Shown piece after piece: positions 9,521-19,163 of a stretch of DNA of 61,729 bases; the first letter of the stretch is position 1; every line of letters starts with the position of its first letter. A program made the translations under genes and the position numbers. Source of the stretch: an uncultured Acidimicrobiia bacterium (GTDB lineage: Bacteria > Actinomycetota > Acidimicrobiia > Spongiisociales > JAENVV01). The stretch is from contig CAZRJG010000006.1 of the NCBI GenBank assembly GCA_964600365.1, positions 1 through 61,729 on the forward strand, in the 5' to 3' direction. The notes under the pieces are model-generated. The model saw nothing but the letters and a program-made list of their open reading frames with translations. It was not told the origin of the DNA and ran no database searches.

Positions 9521-11278
9521 TCAGACCCCGGCGGACTCCTCGTCGGGCACCTCGGATTGGTCCTCCTCGGGGGAGGACCGGAGGTACCAGCCTCCCACGA
9601 GGAACAGGGCACCAATGCCGAGGAAGACCGCCACCCGCACCAGCGGCTCGAGGTCATCGAGGTGCTCGAGGAGGCGGACCGCCACCGCCCCGAGCGAAAG
9701 GAGCCCTGCGAACTCCGTCGCACGACCGAAGCGCCTCCGCCCCACGATGACCAGGCCGAGGCCGACGATCGCCCACGCACTGGTGGTGAGGCCGACGCCG
9801 ACATCACTCGCCCCGAACAGGTGTCGCACGAGGAGGAGCGCGCCTGCGTAGCCGACCGACCACCAGGCCAACCGCATGCGGTCACCGGTAGCCCAGCCGG
9901 CGGTCCCAAGGAGCGCGACGACGAGGGCAGCAGCGAGTGGAATGGCCGCCCCTGACCCTCCGAACGCCGAGAGGAGCCGGATCCCGGCGATCAGCGATCC
10001 GATCCCCACGGCGACATGGCCCGCCACGGCGTTGGCCCGGTGGCCCCTGGCGAAGTGGTTCGCCACCAGGATGGCGGTGCCCTCTCCCACGAGCACGAGA
10101 GCGTGGTAGTCGGCGTCGACGAGGAGCAGCAGGCCGATCGCAAGCAGCACTGCGGAGAGCAGCCAGTTCACGACGTCGTCGAGATCCTCTGAGAAGGCCC
10201 CCACCAACCCGGCGGCGACGGCGAGGACGAGGGCCACCACGCCTGCTTCGTCGGGATCGAGGCCCCATTGCGAACTGACGACGGCGAGTAGGACGGGAAG
10301 CAGCACGAAGCCTGCGAGGCGCACGAACACGCCAAGCGCGTCGTCGACGGCCCGGGAGAGAGGGAGCGCCGGCGCCCTCCCCGCTCGACGAGCCTCGATC
10401 CCCGGCCGGAGCAGGGCCGGGACGGCCCAGTACCCGAGGGACACGAGGATGGAGTACGCCGTCATGGCGACGGCTCCCGATTGGACGCCGTCGATCGGTG
10501 TGCTCGAGGCGAGCACGAACCCCCCGGCGAGCACTGCTCCCCCGGCGGCGAACAGCTGGAGGAGTCGCCACCCGACCACTGCGTGGACGACGGCCGTGAG
10601 CACCACGAACACGCCGAGGTAGGCGACGAGAGGCACCGAGACGCCCGCAGCATCGGTGAGGCTCTCCCCAGCGATCGCCAACAGGAACGGGGTTGCGAAC
10701 CCGCCAAGCGTGGCAAGCACCGAGAGTGCTACGTCGTTGGATCGGAACACCTCCACGAAGAGCCCCACAACGACGAGCAGCATCCCGCCACCTGCGACCC
10801 ACGACCCGATGAGCCCATACGCCTCATACCCAGCCCACAGCATGAGATAGGTGATCACGGCGCCCGTGGTGAGCAACGTCGTGGCGAAGCCGTCGCTCCT
10901 ACGACGGAGGCCGACGCCGAGGCCCATGAGGGTGGCGCCGATCGCCAGTCCGCCGGCGAGGCGCACCAACGGCGTGAGCCACCCGCGTTCGAGGGCGACA
11001 CTGAGGAGGAAGGCTGCCGCCAGCACGACGAGGATGCCGCCGGCCCAGCGGAAGAGCCGCTCGACGTCGAGCACGCGGGGCTCGGCATCGGGAGGGGGTG
11101 GCGGAGGCACCGTCGTGGACGCTGCGAGCAGCGGGGCAGTAGGAGGGGTGGCCTCGGTCGCCACGGCCGAGGCCACTTGCGTCGACTGTGACGACCGGGC
11201 GACGGATTCGAGGACTTCGAGGCGTCGCTCGATGTCGGTGAGGCGATCCTGGAGTGGCTTTCGTGCTGGACGTGTCAT
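9521..11278 (-). CDS. DUF2339 family membrane protein
   Basis: N-terminal coiled coil and Pro-rich linker; W.GG....L...F.......GWL.P.VR motif; many TMs; R...FLG.G..F C-terminus. Confidence 0.8.
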   Translation of the reverse strand: MTRPARKPLQDRLTDIERRLEVLESVARSSQSTQVASAVATEATPPTAPLLAASTTVPPPPPPDAEPRVLDVERLFRWAGGILVVLAAAFLLSVALERGWLTPLVRLAGGLAIGATLMGLGVGLRRRSDGFATTLLTTGAVITYLMLWAGYEAYGLIGSWVAGGGMLLVVVGLFVEVFRSNDVALSVLATLGGFATPFLLAIAGESLTDAAGVSVPLVAYLGVFVVLTAVVHAVVGWRLLQLFAAGGAVLAGGFVLASSTPIDGVQSGAVAMTAYSILVSLGYWAVPALLRPGIEARRAGRAPALPLSRAVDDALGVFVRLAGFVLLPVLLAVVSSQWGLDPDEAGVVALVLAVAAGLVGAFSEDLDDVVNWLLSAVLLAIGLLLLVDADYHALVLVGEGTAILVANHFARGHRANAVAGHVAVGIGSLIAGIRLLSAFGGSGAAIPLAAALVVALLGTAGWATGDRMRLAWWSVGYAGALLLVRHLFGASDVGVGLTTSAWAIVGLGLVIVGRRRFGRATEFAGLLSLGAVAVRLLEHLDDLEPLVRVAVFLGIGALFLVGGWYLRSSPEEDQSEVPDEESAGV

Positions 11279-11345
11279 GGGCCCATCGTCTCCTTCTCGG
11301 GAGGATCCCGCCATCGCGTGATCCCCTGAGGCGGCCTCGGGGTGT

Positions 11346-12044
11346 TCACCACTCCACCGCGCGTTCAAGTCGGCGTGCAGACCCAACCGCGTGGGTCACC
11401 TCGCCGGGGCGCGGGGGAATCCCCTCGAACCCCGTCGAGGCCACCCAGGCGAGCAGGTGGGCGTGGAGACGCTCGGGCACCCACCTGCTGAGATCGGGAA
11501 CGGAGCCCACCCCCGCGTCGAGGTAGAGCCGGGCACGAATCCCCTTGATCCCCCTGATGCGGGCGAGGTCGCAGAGGCGAGCGAGTTCCTCGACCACCTC
11601 GAGCGGGACACGATGGCGATCGGAGACGGCAAGCCGAGAGGAGGGCGTGGCGGCAGCCTCGAGGAGGACCGGAGCCGAGCCGAGGCCTGCCTTCTCCAAC
11701 ACGGCGACGTGGTCGAGGTCCACGCCGCGAAAGCCGCGGATGCGGAACGGGGCCTCCTCGACTCGCTGCCTGCGGAGGTCGGCAGCGAGATGGGCGAGGA
11801 CCGGGTCGTCGACGAACTCGAACCAGTAGTGGATCGCCCAGAGGTGGAGCTTGGCTGAGTCGCCGACCGTGGATTCGAGGTGGGAGACGAAGCTCTCGAC
11901 CTCCCCAGGACGGGCGTCGTCGATCGTGGTCCCCGCGTCGTGAAGGTAGGTCTCGAACTCGCCGACGTAGCCGACGACCCTGTCGGTCGCACTCGGCGAC
12001 CGGCCTCCCCCTGTGAGGAAGACGCGGAACGCCTGCTCGTCCAT
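11346..12044 (-). CDS. DUF4332 (helix-hairpin-helix) protein with N-terminal integrase SAM-like helical domain
   Basis: FRGV....V.VLEKAG and CDLARIRGIKGIRARLYLDAGV.SV HhH repeats. Confidence 0.7.
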   Translation of the reverse strand: MDEQAFRVFLTGGGRSPSATDRVVGYVGEFETYLHDAGTTIDDARPGEVESFVSHLESTVGDSAKLHLWAIHYWFEFVDDPVLAHLAADLRRQRVEEAPFRIRGFRGVDLDHVAVLEKAGLGSAPVLLEAAATPSSRLAVSDRHRVPLEVVEELARLCDLARIRGIKGIRARLYLDAGVGSVPDLSRWVPERLHAHLLAWVASTGFEGIPPRPGEVTHAVGSARRLERAVEW

Positions 12045-12134
12045 TCCCCGAGACTACGCCGACTTCGCGCGGGCACGACCCGGAATCACCCGGGGAGTCG
12101 GCGGCGGCCGTGCAACTGCGGGTAGGGTCGCCCG

Positions 12135-12572
12135 ATGGCAAAACGCACCTATGAGTCGGCGTCCATCCGCGTCTTCTGGGACTCGGACATCTGCGTCCAC
12201 GTGGGCCTGTGCTTCACCGGGCTCCCCGAGGTATTCGATCGCGAGGCGCGCCCGTGGGTCGACATCGACGGTGCCGATGCCGCGACGATTGCGGGCCAGG
12301 TGGAGCAGTGCCCCTCGGGCGCCCTCCGCTACGAGCGCCTCGACGACGGCCCCCAAGAGGACACCTCGCCTCCCGTCTCTATCATGCCCATGACGAACGG
12401 CCCGCTCTACGTGCGGGGATCGTTCACAGTCGAGGATCGCAAGGGAAAGGCGTGGCAGGTGGGCCCCCGGGCTGCCCTGTGCCGGTGCGGGCAGAGCAAG
12501 AACGCCCCGTTCTGCGACACGTCCCACCGGGAGGCGAAGTTCCGGAGCGCGCCACGGGCGCCCGAAGAGTGA
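12135..12572 (+). CDS. Divergent 4Fe-4S (Fer4_19/DUF1271) plus CDGSH iron-sulfur domain protein
   Basis: C.H.G.C...LPEVFD..RPW...CPSGAL; NGP..V.G and LCRCGQSKNAPFCDTSH. Confidence 0.9.
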   Translation: MAKRTYESASIRVFWDSDICVHVGLCFTGLPEVFDREARPWVDIDGADAATIAGQVEQCPSGALRYERLDDGPQEDTSPPVSIMPMTNGPLYVRGSFTVEDRKGKAWQVGPRAALCRCGQSKNAPFCDTSHREAKFRSAPRAPEE

Positions 12573-12640
12573 TCCTGGATACTGGGCGGAGGCACGTGAT
12601 CACGCGCCGGTCACCCGCAGCCGTGAAGGCGCGGGACCGC

Positions 12641-13453
12641 CTACGGATAGGGGAAGGTGTCCACGAGCGCACCGTCGCGATCGGTGAGGAAGGCCGTGTC
12701 GCCGCCGTTGTTCCACACGGCCCCATCGGCACACCAATGGAAGGTCACCGGACCGTCCTCCCCGCACCCCGAGCGCACACGCACCACCTCCCCCGGGGCG
12801 ATTGACGCGCCCGCGGGGAAGGTGAATCGATGGCGTGAGGACTCGTCCGCGATCCCCCATCCCTCGAGCGAGACGACCTCCTCGGAGGAGTTCACGATCT
12901 CCACCCACTCCCCGTTCGGATTCGTGGCGTCGTCGCCCGGCGCATTCGCCGACACGTCGAGAATCCCCAGCGGCGCACTCCCGGTACCACATGGATCGTC
13001 CGCCCAGAGCCCGATCCCTGCATCCCGTGCGGAGTCCTCGGCCGCCTCGTACTCCTCAGCCCGGGCCACATCGGGCGGGTAGCGGCGGGCGACGGCGAGC
13101 CCCTCCTCGACGAGTTGCCTCCCGGCGTCAGCGGCACCGACGAGCACGTATCGGAGGAGCCTCCCGAACTCGTCCCGGTCCGAGACGTCGTCAACGAGGG
13201 ATACCTCCCCTTCGGACACCAGGTCGGCGAGGCGGTCGGTGGCCTCCTGGGAGACGCACGCCCCACGCTCGGGTGTGTTGATACCGATGAGTCGCACCGA
13301 CTCCCGGACACCGTCGACCTCCGCGATGAGTGTGTCACCATCCACCACCTCGAGCACCGAGGCGGCGACGCCCACCGGCACCGCATCGCCCGTCTCGGGC
13401 GAGACCGTCGTGCAGCCGGCAAGGAGGAGGGCGATGAACCACGCGAAACGCAT
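12641..13453 (-). CDS. Thermonuclease (SNase) plus lamin-tail domain lipoprotein
   Basis: Lipobox LAGC; VVDGDT, VRLIGINTPE, D.FGRLLRYV; NGEWVEI.N and VWNNGGD LTD motifs. Confidence 0.9.
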   Translation of the reverse strand: MRFAWFIALLLAGCTTVSPETGDAVPVGVAASVLEVVDGDTLIAEVDGVRESVRLIGINTPERGACVSQEATDRLADLVSEGEVSLVDDVSDRDEFGRLLRYVLVGAADAGRQLVEEGLAVARRYPPDVARAEEYEAAEDSARDAGIGLWADDPCGTGSAPLGILDVSANAPGDDATNPNGEWVEIVNSSEEVVSLEGWGIADESSRHRFTFPAGASIAPGEVVRVRSGCGEDGPVTFHWCADGAVWNNGGDTAFLTDRDGALVDTFPYP

Positions 13454-13485
13454 GGGGGAAGCGTACGAATCGCCGACGACAGATC

Positions 13486-14571
13486 TCAGCGATCGGTGCG
13501 GGCGTCGTCTGCCGTGATCGCTCGGAGCACCTGGTCACGAGTGGCCGTCGACGTGTCGCCCGGCACAGTCACCGCAAGGGCGCCGTGGGCGATCCCCAAC
13601 TCCAGTGCCATCCCGGGCCCGTCCCCATCGAGGAGCCCGGTGACGATCCCCGCCACGAACGCATCTCCTCCGCCGACTCGGTCGAGGACCTCGAGGTCCT
13701 CGTGGAACCGCCCTGCGTGAGCAACTGCTCCGTCGAAGAGCACCCCTCCCCACCGGTGGCGGTTCGCCGAGCGGGCATCCCGCAGCGACACCGCGAGCAT
13801 CCCGAGGCGGGGGAACGCCTCAGCCACCTCCCGGGCCAGGTCCGCGAACCGCTTGGGCTCGACCGCCCACACATCCACCGGGACGTCCTCGACGTCGATC
13901 CCGAGGGACGGGCCGAGGTCATGAATGCTCGAGAACAACACATCGGCACCCTCCACCAGGTCCCGATGCACCCCGAGCGCCTCCCGTTCGCCAGAGGCCC
14001 AGAGCGACGAACGGACGTTGAGGTCGTAGGAGACGACCGCGCCGGTGTCCCGTGCGGCCGCCATGGCCTCTGCGGTGAGGGCCGTGGTCCGCTCGGAGAG
14101 CCCGGCGAAGATCCCGCCCGTGTGCAGCCAACGCGTTCCCTCTCCTTCGAGGATCGCCGACCAGTCGACGTCGCCGGGTCCCATCCGGGACGCGACGCTG
14201 CCCCATCGATCGGACACACTCGCCGGGGGCCGGATGCCAGCACCACGGTCCATGAAGTAGAGGCCGACCCGGCTCCTTCCCAAGCCATCGAACGAACGCC
14301 ACACCACGTGTCGGGTGTCCACACCACCCGATCGCATCCGGGATTCCACGAGGCGACCCACCTCGTTGTCGGCGAGGCCCGTGACGACGGTGGCGCGCTT
14401 GCCGAACACGTGTGCACACGCCTTCGCGACGTTGTACTCACCGCCCCCCTCCCATGCGCGGAAGGTCGTGGCCGACCCGATCGGCTCATCACCCGGGTCG
14501 AGTCTGAGCATCACCTCGCCCAGCGAGACCACATCCCAGCGACGACCCTCGGGGGACGGGACTTCGATCAT
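13486..14571 (-). CDS. kdgK: 2-keto-3-deoxygluconate kinase (PfkB family)
   Basis: SLGEVMLRLDPG, WEGGGEYNVA and DRVGGGDAF motifs; adjacent to eda. Confidence 0.85.
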   Translation of the reverse strand: MIEVPSPEGRRWDVVSLGEVMLRLDPGDEPIGSATTFRAWEGGGEYNVAKACAHVFGKRATVVTGLADNEVGRLVESRMRSGGVDTRHVVWRSFDGLGRSRVGLYFMDRGAGIRPPASVSDRWGSVASRMGPGDVDWSAILEGEGTRWLHTGGIFAGLSERTTALTAEAMAAARDTGAVVSYDLNVRSSLWASGEREALGVHRDLVEGADVLFSSIHDLGPSLGIDVEDVPVDVWAVEPKRFADLAREVAEAFPRLGMLAVSLRDARSANRHRWGGVLFDGAVAHAGRFHEDLEVLDRVGGGDAFVAGIVTGLLDGDGPGMALELGIAHGALAVTVPGDTSTATRDQVLRAITADDARTDR

Positions 14572-15194
14572 GTGGGCGTCCTCGCCTGCGCCACGGCACC
14601 CACCGCCTCGGTGAGCCGATTCGAGGCGTTGGGCGGGAAGAGCGCGGAACCGAATCCGACGGCGATCGCGCCCGCGTCGAACCACGGGGCGAGGGCGAAC
14701 GGATCGAAGGTCAGGCCACCGGTTGGGATCGCACGCACCGAAGGGAAGACCGAGCGGACGGCGCTGAGGAAGCTGGGGCCGAGCGATGAGGCGGGGAAGA
14801 GCTTCACGACGTCACAGCCGAGGTCGATCGCGGAGTGGACCTCGGTCGGGGTCGCACATCCCGGAACGTAGGGAACGCCGGCATCCGCACAAGCCGCTGC
14901 GACGTCGCGTACGAGGGACGGGGAGATCACGAACGTCGCCCCTGCGTCGATCGCCGCCGTGGCGTCGGTTCCCGAGAGCACGGTGCCAGCACCCAGCACG
15001 AGATCGGCGTCAGGTCCGATGTGTTCGGCGACAGCACGAATCGCGTCGATCGCTCCCGGCGTGCGGAGCGTGATCTCGAAGGTCGAGAGACCCGCGTCGG
15101 TGATCCAGTCCGCCGTGGCGCACAACACCTCGGGGTCGGGATGGGAGCGAAGGGGGACGATGCCGTCCAAGTGCATGAGATCAAAGATGTTCAT
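14568..15194 (-). CDS. eda: KDPG/KHG aldolase
   Basis: EITLRTPGA, GAGTVL, PGCATPTE, VKLFPA and PTGG motifs. Confidence 0.9.
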   Translation of the reverse strand: MNIFDLMHLDGIVPLRSHPDPEVLCATADWITDAGLSTFEITLRTPGAIDAIRAVAEHIGPDADLVLGAGTVLSGTDATAAIDAGATFVISPSLVRDVAAACADAGVPYVPGCATPTEVHSAIDLGCDVVKLFPASSLGPSFLSAVRSVFPSVRAIPTGGLTFDPFALAPWFDAGAIAVGFGSALFPPNASNRLTEAVGAVAQARTPT

Positions 15195-16051
15195 CAGGTC
15201 CCCATCATGGCCGGTGTGGGGACACCCGTCACACCAACGTCGACTGCGAAGACGGCGCCGTCGAGCTCGTGGGAGGTCTCGGGGGTCGCCCCGACCGCAG
15301 CGGACGTGATGAAGAGGGTGCCGAGGTCGGGCCCCCCGAACGCGCACGAGGTCGATCGGAGGGCGGGGACACGGACCTCTCCGAGCACCTCCCCGGTCGG
15401 GGAGAACCGTCGGATGGCCCCAGCTCCCCAAATGGCCACCCACACGCAGTCGTCGGCGTCCACGGTGAGGCCGTCGGAGACCCCCTCGGCCTCCGGGATC
15501 TCGACGAACCGGCGCCGATTGGCGACGTCGCCGGTCCCCAGGTCGTAGTCGAACACGTCGACGCCGACGGCGGAATCGGCGTAGTACATCCGGCCGCCAT
15601 CCGACGACCACCCGATCCCATTCGACACCGACGCCCCACCGAACAGCTCCCGCACGGAGCCGTCCGGCTCACGGGAGTACACGATGCCGATCGGGGGATG
15701 GCCATCCGCCACCGATCCAGCGAGGAAGCGCCCCACGGGGTCCGCTGCGGCGTCGTTCATGCGCTGGCCAGGAGGGGCCACGGAGACCCGGGACCTCACC
15801 GCTCCAGCCCGCAACTCGGCGAAGCCGCCGCCGAGGGCGAGCAGGTACGCGTCGTCGTCGAGGAGTCCCACCGCACCAACCGCCTCGCCCACGTCCACGG
15901 TCGTCGTTCCACCAGTCGCGGGGTCGGTCCTGTGCACGAGTCCGCCGAGGATGTCCACCCACACGAGCTCGCCGAGCCGGTGGTCCCACACCGGACCCTC
16001 CCCGAGGGAGGAACCGAGGGTGACGAGGACATCGGGCTCTGAGAACTGCAA
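15194..16051 (-). CDS. SMP-30/gluconolactonase/LRE family sugar lactonase
   Basis: LGEGPVWD, RMND, SNGIGWS, DGLTVD and TSCAFGG motifs. Confidence 0.9.
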   Translation of the reverse strand: MQFSEPDVLVTLGSSLGEGPVWDHRLGELVWVDILGGLVHRTDPATGGTTTVDVGEAVGAVGLLDDDAYLLALGGGFAELRAGAVRSRVSVAPPGQRMNDAAADPVGRFLAGSVADGHPPIGIVYSREPDGSVRELFGGASVSNGIGWSSDGGRMYYADSAVGVDVFDYDLGTGDVANRRRFVEIPEAEGVSDGLTVDADDCVWVAIWGAGAIRRFSPTGEVLGEVRVPALRSTSCAFGGPDLGTLFITSAAVGATPETSHELDGAVFAVDVGVTGVPTPAMMGT

Positions 16052-16056
16052 GGCGG

Positions 16057-17031
16057 TCAGGCGTCGACGCGCTGGTACACCCGCACGTGGTCCACGTACA
16101 TCTGGACGGGGTACTCCAGGTCGAGAGCGATGTTGCCGCCGAGGGTGCCACCGATCGCCATGTTGATCAGGAAGAAGTACGGCTTGTCGAACACGTACTC
16201 GCGGAAGTCCCCCACCATCTCCGGCGTGACCTTGTAGTACTGCTGGCCGTCGAAGAAGAACGAGATCCCGGTCTCATCCCACTCGATCGCGTACGTGTGC
16301 CAGTCATCCGCGATCGCGAAGTCCTGCGGGAACCACTTCGAGAGCCCACCCGCACCGGCATAGCCGGGGCCGTGCACCGTCCCGATGACGAGGTTCGGCT
16401 CACGCCCGACGTACTCCATGATGTCGATCTCGCCCGCCTGCGGCCAGTTCGCATCGAAGGGATCGGCCGGGTTGCGGTAGAAGTCGGAGCCGAGCATCCA
16501 GAACGCGGGCCACAGGCCTGCGCCATTGGGGACCTTGATTCGACCCTCGAAGTAGCCGTACTGGAACTCCTGCAACCCCTGGCTCACGAGCCGGGCCGAC
16601 GTGTAGTACGAGTTCTCGAACTTCTCCTGGTGCAACTCGATCACGAGGAGGCCGTTCTGCAGGCGGGCGTTCTCATCGCGGTCGGTGTAGTACTGGGCCT
16701 CGCCGTTGCCCCAGCCCCAACCGCCGGTCTCGAACGACCAGTTCTCGGGGTCGATCTCATCTCCGTCGAACTCGTCGCTCCACACCAGTTCGTAGCCCTC
16801 TGGGGGTTCGATGGGCAGCGGCTCTGGCGACGGGATCGTCGTGGTCGTGGTCGTCTCCGGGACCGTCGTCGTGGTGGTCGTCAGAGCGGCCGTGGTGGTC
16901 GGCGCCGCCGTCGTGGTGGTCGGCTCGACGGCGGCTGCGGCCTCGGTCGTGGTCGGCGTGGTCTCCGCCGCACAGGCAGCGAGGACCATCACCAGCGCCA
17001 CGGCAGTGGCGATCGTGCGTCGGGTCGTCAT
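16057..17031 (-). CDS. GH16 endo-beta-1,3-glucanase (laminarinase-like) lipoprotein
   Basis: Lipobox LAAC, Thr-rich linker; LVWSDEF, GWGNGE.QYY, WPAFWMLG and catalytic GEIDIME. Confidence 0.92.
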   Translation of the reverse strand: MTTRRTIATAVALVMVLAACAAETTPTTTEAAAAVEPTTTTAAPTTTAALTTTTTTVPETTTTTTIPSPEPLPIEPPEGYELVWSDEFDGDEIDPENWSFETGGWGWGNGEAQYYTDRDENARLQNGLLVIELHQEKFENSYYTSARLVSQGLQEFQYGYFEGRIKVPNGAGLWPAFWMLGSDFYRNPADPFDANWPQAGEIDIMEYVGREPNLVIGTVHGPGYAGAGGLSKWFPQDFAIADDWHTYAIEWDETGISFFFDGQQYYKVTPEMVGDFREYVFDKPYFFLINMAIGGTLGGNIALDLEYPVQMYVDHVRVYQRVDA

Positions 17032-17045
17032 GGGGTCTCCAATGG

Positions 17046-17843
17046 CTATTCGGCGCTGACGACCGGGAGGCCGTCGGGCGGCGGTGGGGTGCTGAGTTGC
17101 GCGGTCATGCCCCCATCGACGTAGAGGACCTGACCGGTGACATAGGCGGCGTCATCGGACGCGAGGAAGGCAGCGGCACCGGCGATGTCGTCCACCGTGC
17201 CGTGGCGCTGGAGCGGGACGCTAGAGGCGACCGACCGGTACTTCGGGGTGTCTTTGCCGTCGGTCCGCCAGGTGTGGGTGAGGCCGGGTCCGATGGCGTT
17301 CACCCGGATGCCGTACTTGCCGAGGTCCACCGCCATGGTGACGGTGAGGGCATTCATCGCCCCCTTTGTGACGTCGTACGGGAAGCCCGCGCGATGGGCG
17401 CGAAGGGCACCGACCGACGAGATGTGGATGACACTCCCGCCGCCGGCGTCGCGCATGCGACGGGCAGCGCGCTGGCTCATGCGGTACGGACCGAGCAGGT
17501 TCACGGCGACCTGCTCTTCGAGGAGTTCCTCGTGTTCTGCGAGGAACTCCACCTGGCGCATACTTGCGGCGTTGTTCACGAGCACGTCGATGCCCCCGAG
17601 ATCCGTGTCGACGCTCTCGAAGAGCCGGTCGATGTCGGCGATCGCACTCGTGTCGGCGACGACGCCGAGAGCCCGTCCGGTGGCGGCGTGGGTCTCGAGG
17701 AAGGCCTCGATGGCCTCTTCGTGGCGGTCGGCGACGAGGACCCGCATGCCCTCGGCGAGGAACCGCCGGGCGATCCCCTCACCGATCCCCCGAGCTCCCC
17801 CGGTGACGACGGCGGTCCGTCCGGCGAGGTCGGCGTGGGTCAT
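17046..17843 (-). CDS. SDR family oxidoreductase (possible sugar dehydrogenase)
   Basis: TGGARGIG, NNA and YxxxK (YDVTK) motifs. Confidence 0.9.
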   Translation of the reverse strand: MTHADLAGRTAVVTGGARGIGEGIARRFLAEGMRVLVADRHEEAIEAFLETHAATGRALGVVADTSAIADIDRLFESVDTDLGGIDVLVNNAASMRQVEFLAEHEELLEEQVAVNLLGPYRMSQRAARRMRDAGGGSVIHISSVGALRAHRAGFPYDVTKGAMNALTVTMAVDLGKYGIRVNAIGPGLTHTWRTDGKDTPKYRSVASSVPLQRHGTVDDIAGAAAFLASDDAAYVTGQVLYVDGGMTAQLSTPPPPDGLPVVSAE

Positions 17844-19045
17844 GGGCGCGCCGGGCTTCCGTCGGGGAGGCGGGCCTGGGTCCACTCCTCCACGACGTCA
17901 CCACACGGGTACGCCGCGGCGAGCTCCTCGTCCACATCGATGCCTAGCCCTGGGGCGTCGTTCGGGTAGAGGTAGCCGTCGCGCACCTCGGGCGTGCCGG
18001 GGAACATCTCGTACTCCACCTCGTTGGGCCGGTACCACTCGTGGACGCCGAAGTTGGGGGCCCACACACCGAGGTGGAGGTTGGCCGCATGGCCCACCGG
18101 GGAGGTGTCGCTCGGACCGTGCCACGCGGTGCGGACGCCGAACGTGTCGGCGAGGATCGCTGCATTGCGTGCGGGCGTGAGCCCACCAATCTGGCTGATG
18201 TGCATGCGGATGAAGTCGATGAGGCGCTCGGTCACGAGCCCCCTCCATTCATGGGGGTTGTTGAACAGCTCGCCCATGGCGAGCGGCGTTGCGCTCTGGG
18301 CCCTGACGTGGGCGAACCACTCGATGTCCTCGGGGGCGAGGAGGTCCTCGAGGAAGAAGAGCCGGTAGGGCTCCAGGTCCTTGGCGAAGCGCACGGCGTC
18401 GATTGGGTGGAGGCGCTCGTGCACGTCGTGGAGCAACTCGACGTCGTCGCCGAGCTCCGACCGCACGTGGTCGATCATCTCGAGGGTCGAGCGGTAGTAC
18501 CGCACCGGGTCGAAGTAGGCCCCGGGTGGAGAGCCGTCGGGCGCCCGGTCGGATGCGTCGGCACCCCCGTAGCCACCCATCTGGATGCGGATGTGTCGGT
18601 ACCCCTCCTCGACGAAGCCCCGTGCCATGTCGAGCACCTCGGCGTTGTCACGGCCGTGGGCGTGGGTATACACCGCCGCGGCCTCGCGGACCTTGCCGCC
18701 GAGCAACTCGTACACCGGCATGCCCGCCCGCTTGCCCTTGATGTCCCAGAGCGCCTGGTCGACGCCTGAGATCGCGTTGTTCATGACGGGGCCGTTGCGC
18801 CAGTAGGCGTGGACCATGGCCATGCGCCATGTCTCCTCGATCCGGTCGACGTCGCGACCGACGAGGAACGGCTCCAGGTGGCGTTGGATCGCCGCCTCGA
18901 CGGCGAAGATCCCCTGCGTGAAGGTGGCGCAACCGACCCCGTACAGGCCGGGTTCGGAGGTGAGCACCTTCACCACGGCGAGGCGCGACGATCCCGGTTG
19001 GGTGAGGATCGCCCGCACCCCGGTGATCGTGACCGGGGACGCCAT
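17840..19045 (-). CDS. Enolase-superfamily acid-sugar dehydratase (ManD/RspA subgroup)
   Basis: YWRNGPV, LLHDVHERL, FLED, MGELF and HGP.D.SPVG motifs. Confidence 0.88.
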   Translation of the reverse strand: MASPVTITGVRAILTQPGSSRLAVVKVLTSEPGLYGVGCATFTQGIFAVEAAIQRHLEPFLVGRDVDRIEETWRMAMVHAYWRNGPVMNNAISGVDQALWDIKGKRAGMPVYELLGGKVREAAAVYTHAHGRDNAEVLDMARGFVEEGYRHIRIQMGGYGGADASDRAPDGSPPGAYFDPVRYYRSTLEMIDHVRSELGDDVELLHDVHERLHPIDAVRFAKDLEPYRLFFLEDLLAPEDIEWFAHVRAQSATPLAMGELFNNPHEWRGLVTERLIDFIRMHISQIGGLTPARNAAILADTFGVRTAWHGPSDTSPVGHAANLHLGVWAPNFGVHEWYRPNEVEYEMFPGTPEVRDGYLYPNDAPGLGIDVDEELAAAYPCGDVVEEWTQARLPDGSPARP

Positions 19046-19054
19046 GGTCAGATG

Positions 19055-19087
19055 GGGGTTCCCCGGCGTGCCGCGCCGGGGAACCCC
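19055..19087. terminator. 14-bp perfect GC-rich inverted repeat (terminator or mRNA-stabilising hairpin)
   Basis: GGGGTTCCCCGGCG-tgccg-CGCCGGGGAACCCC between the permease and the dehydratase start. Confidence 0.6.
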
Positions 19088-19163
19088 GATCCTGCGGGGA
19101 CGTTCCGGACGGAGGAGAACCGGATCGCCGCGTGGGGGTTGGATCGTCGGCCCAACGCCAGCG

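Noticed and set aside
11346-12044. Possible integrase marking a mobile element
   Set aside because: No tyrosine-recombinase catalytic residues, att repeats or flanking mobile genes seen
16840-16965. Low-complexity GTG/GTC repeats
   Set aside because: Encode the Thr-rich linker of the GH16 lipoprotein
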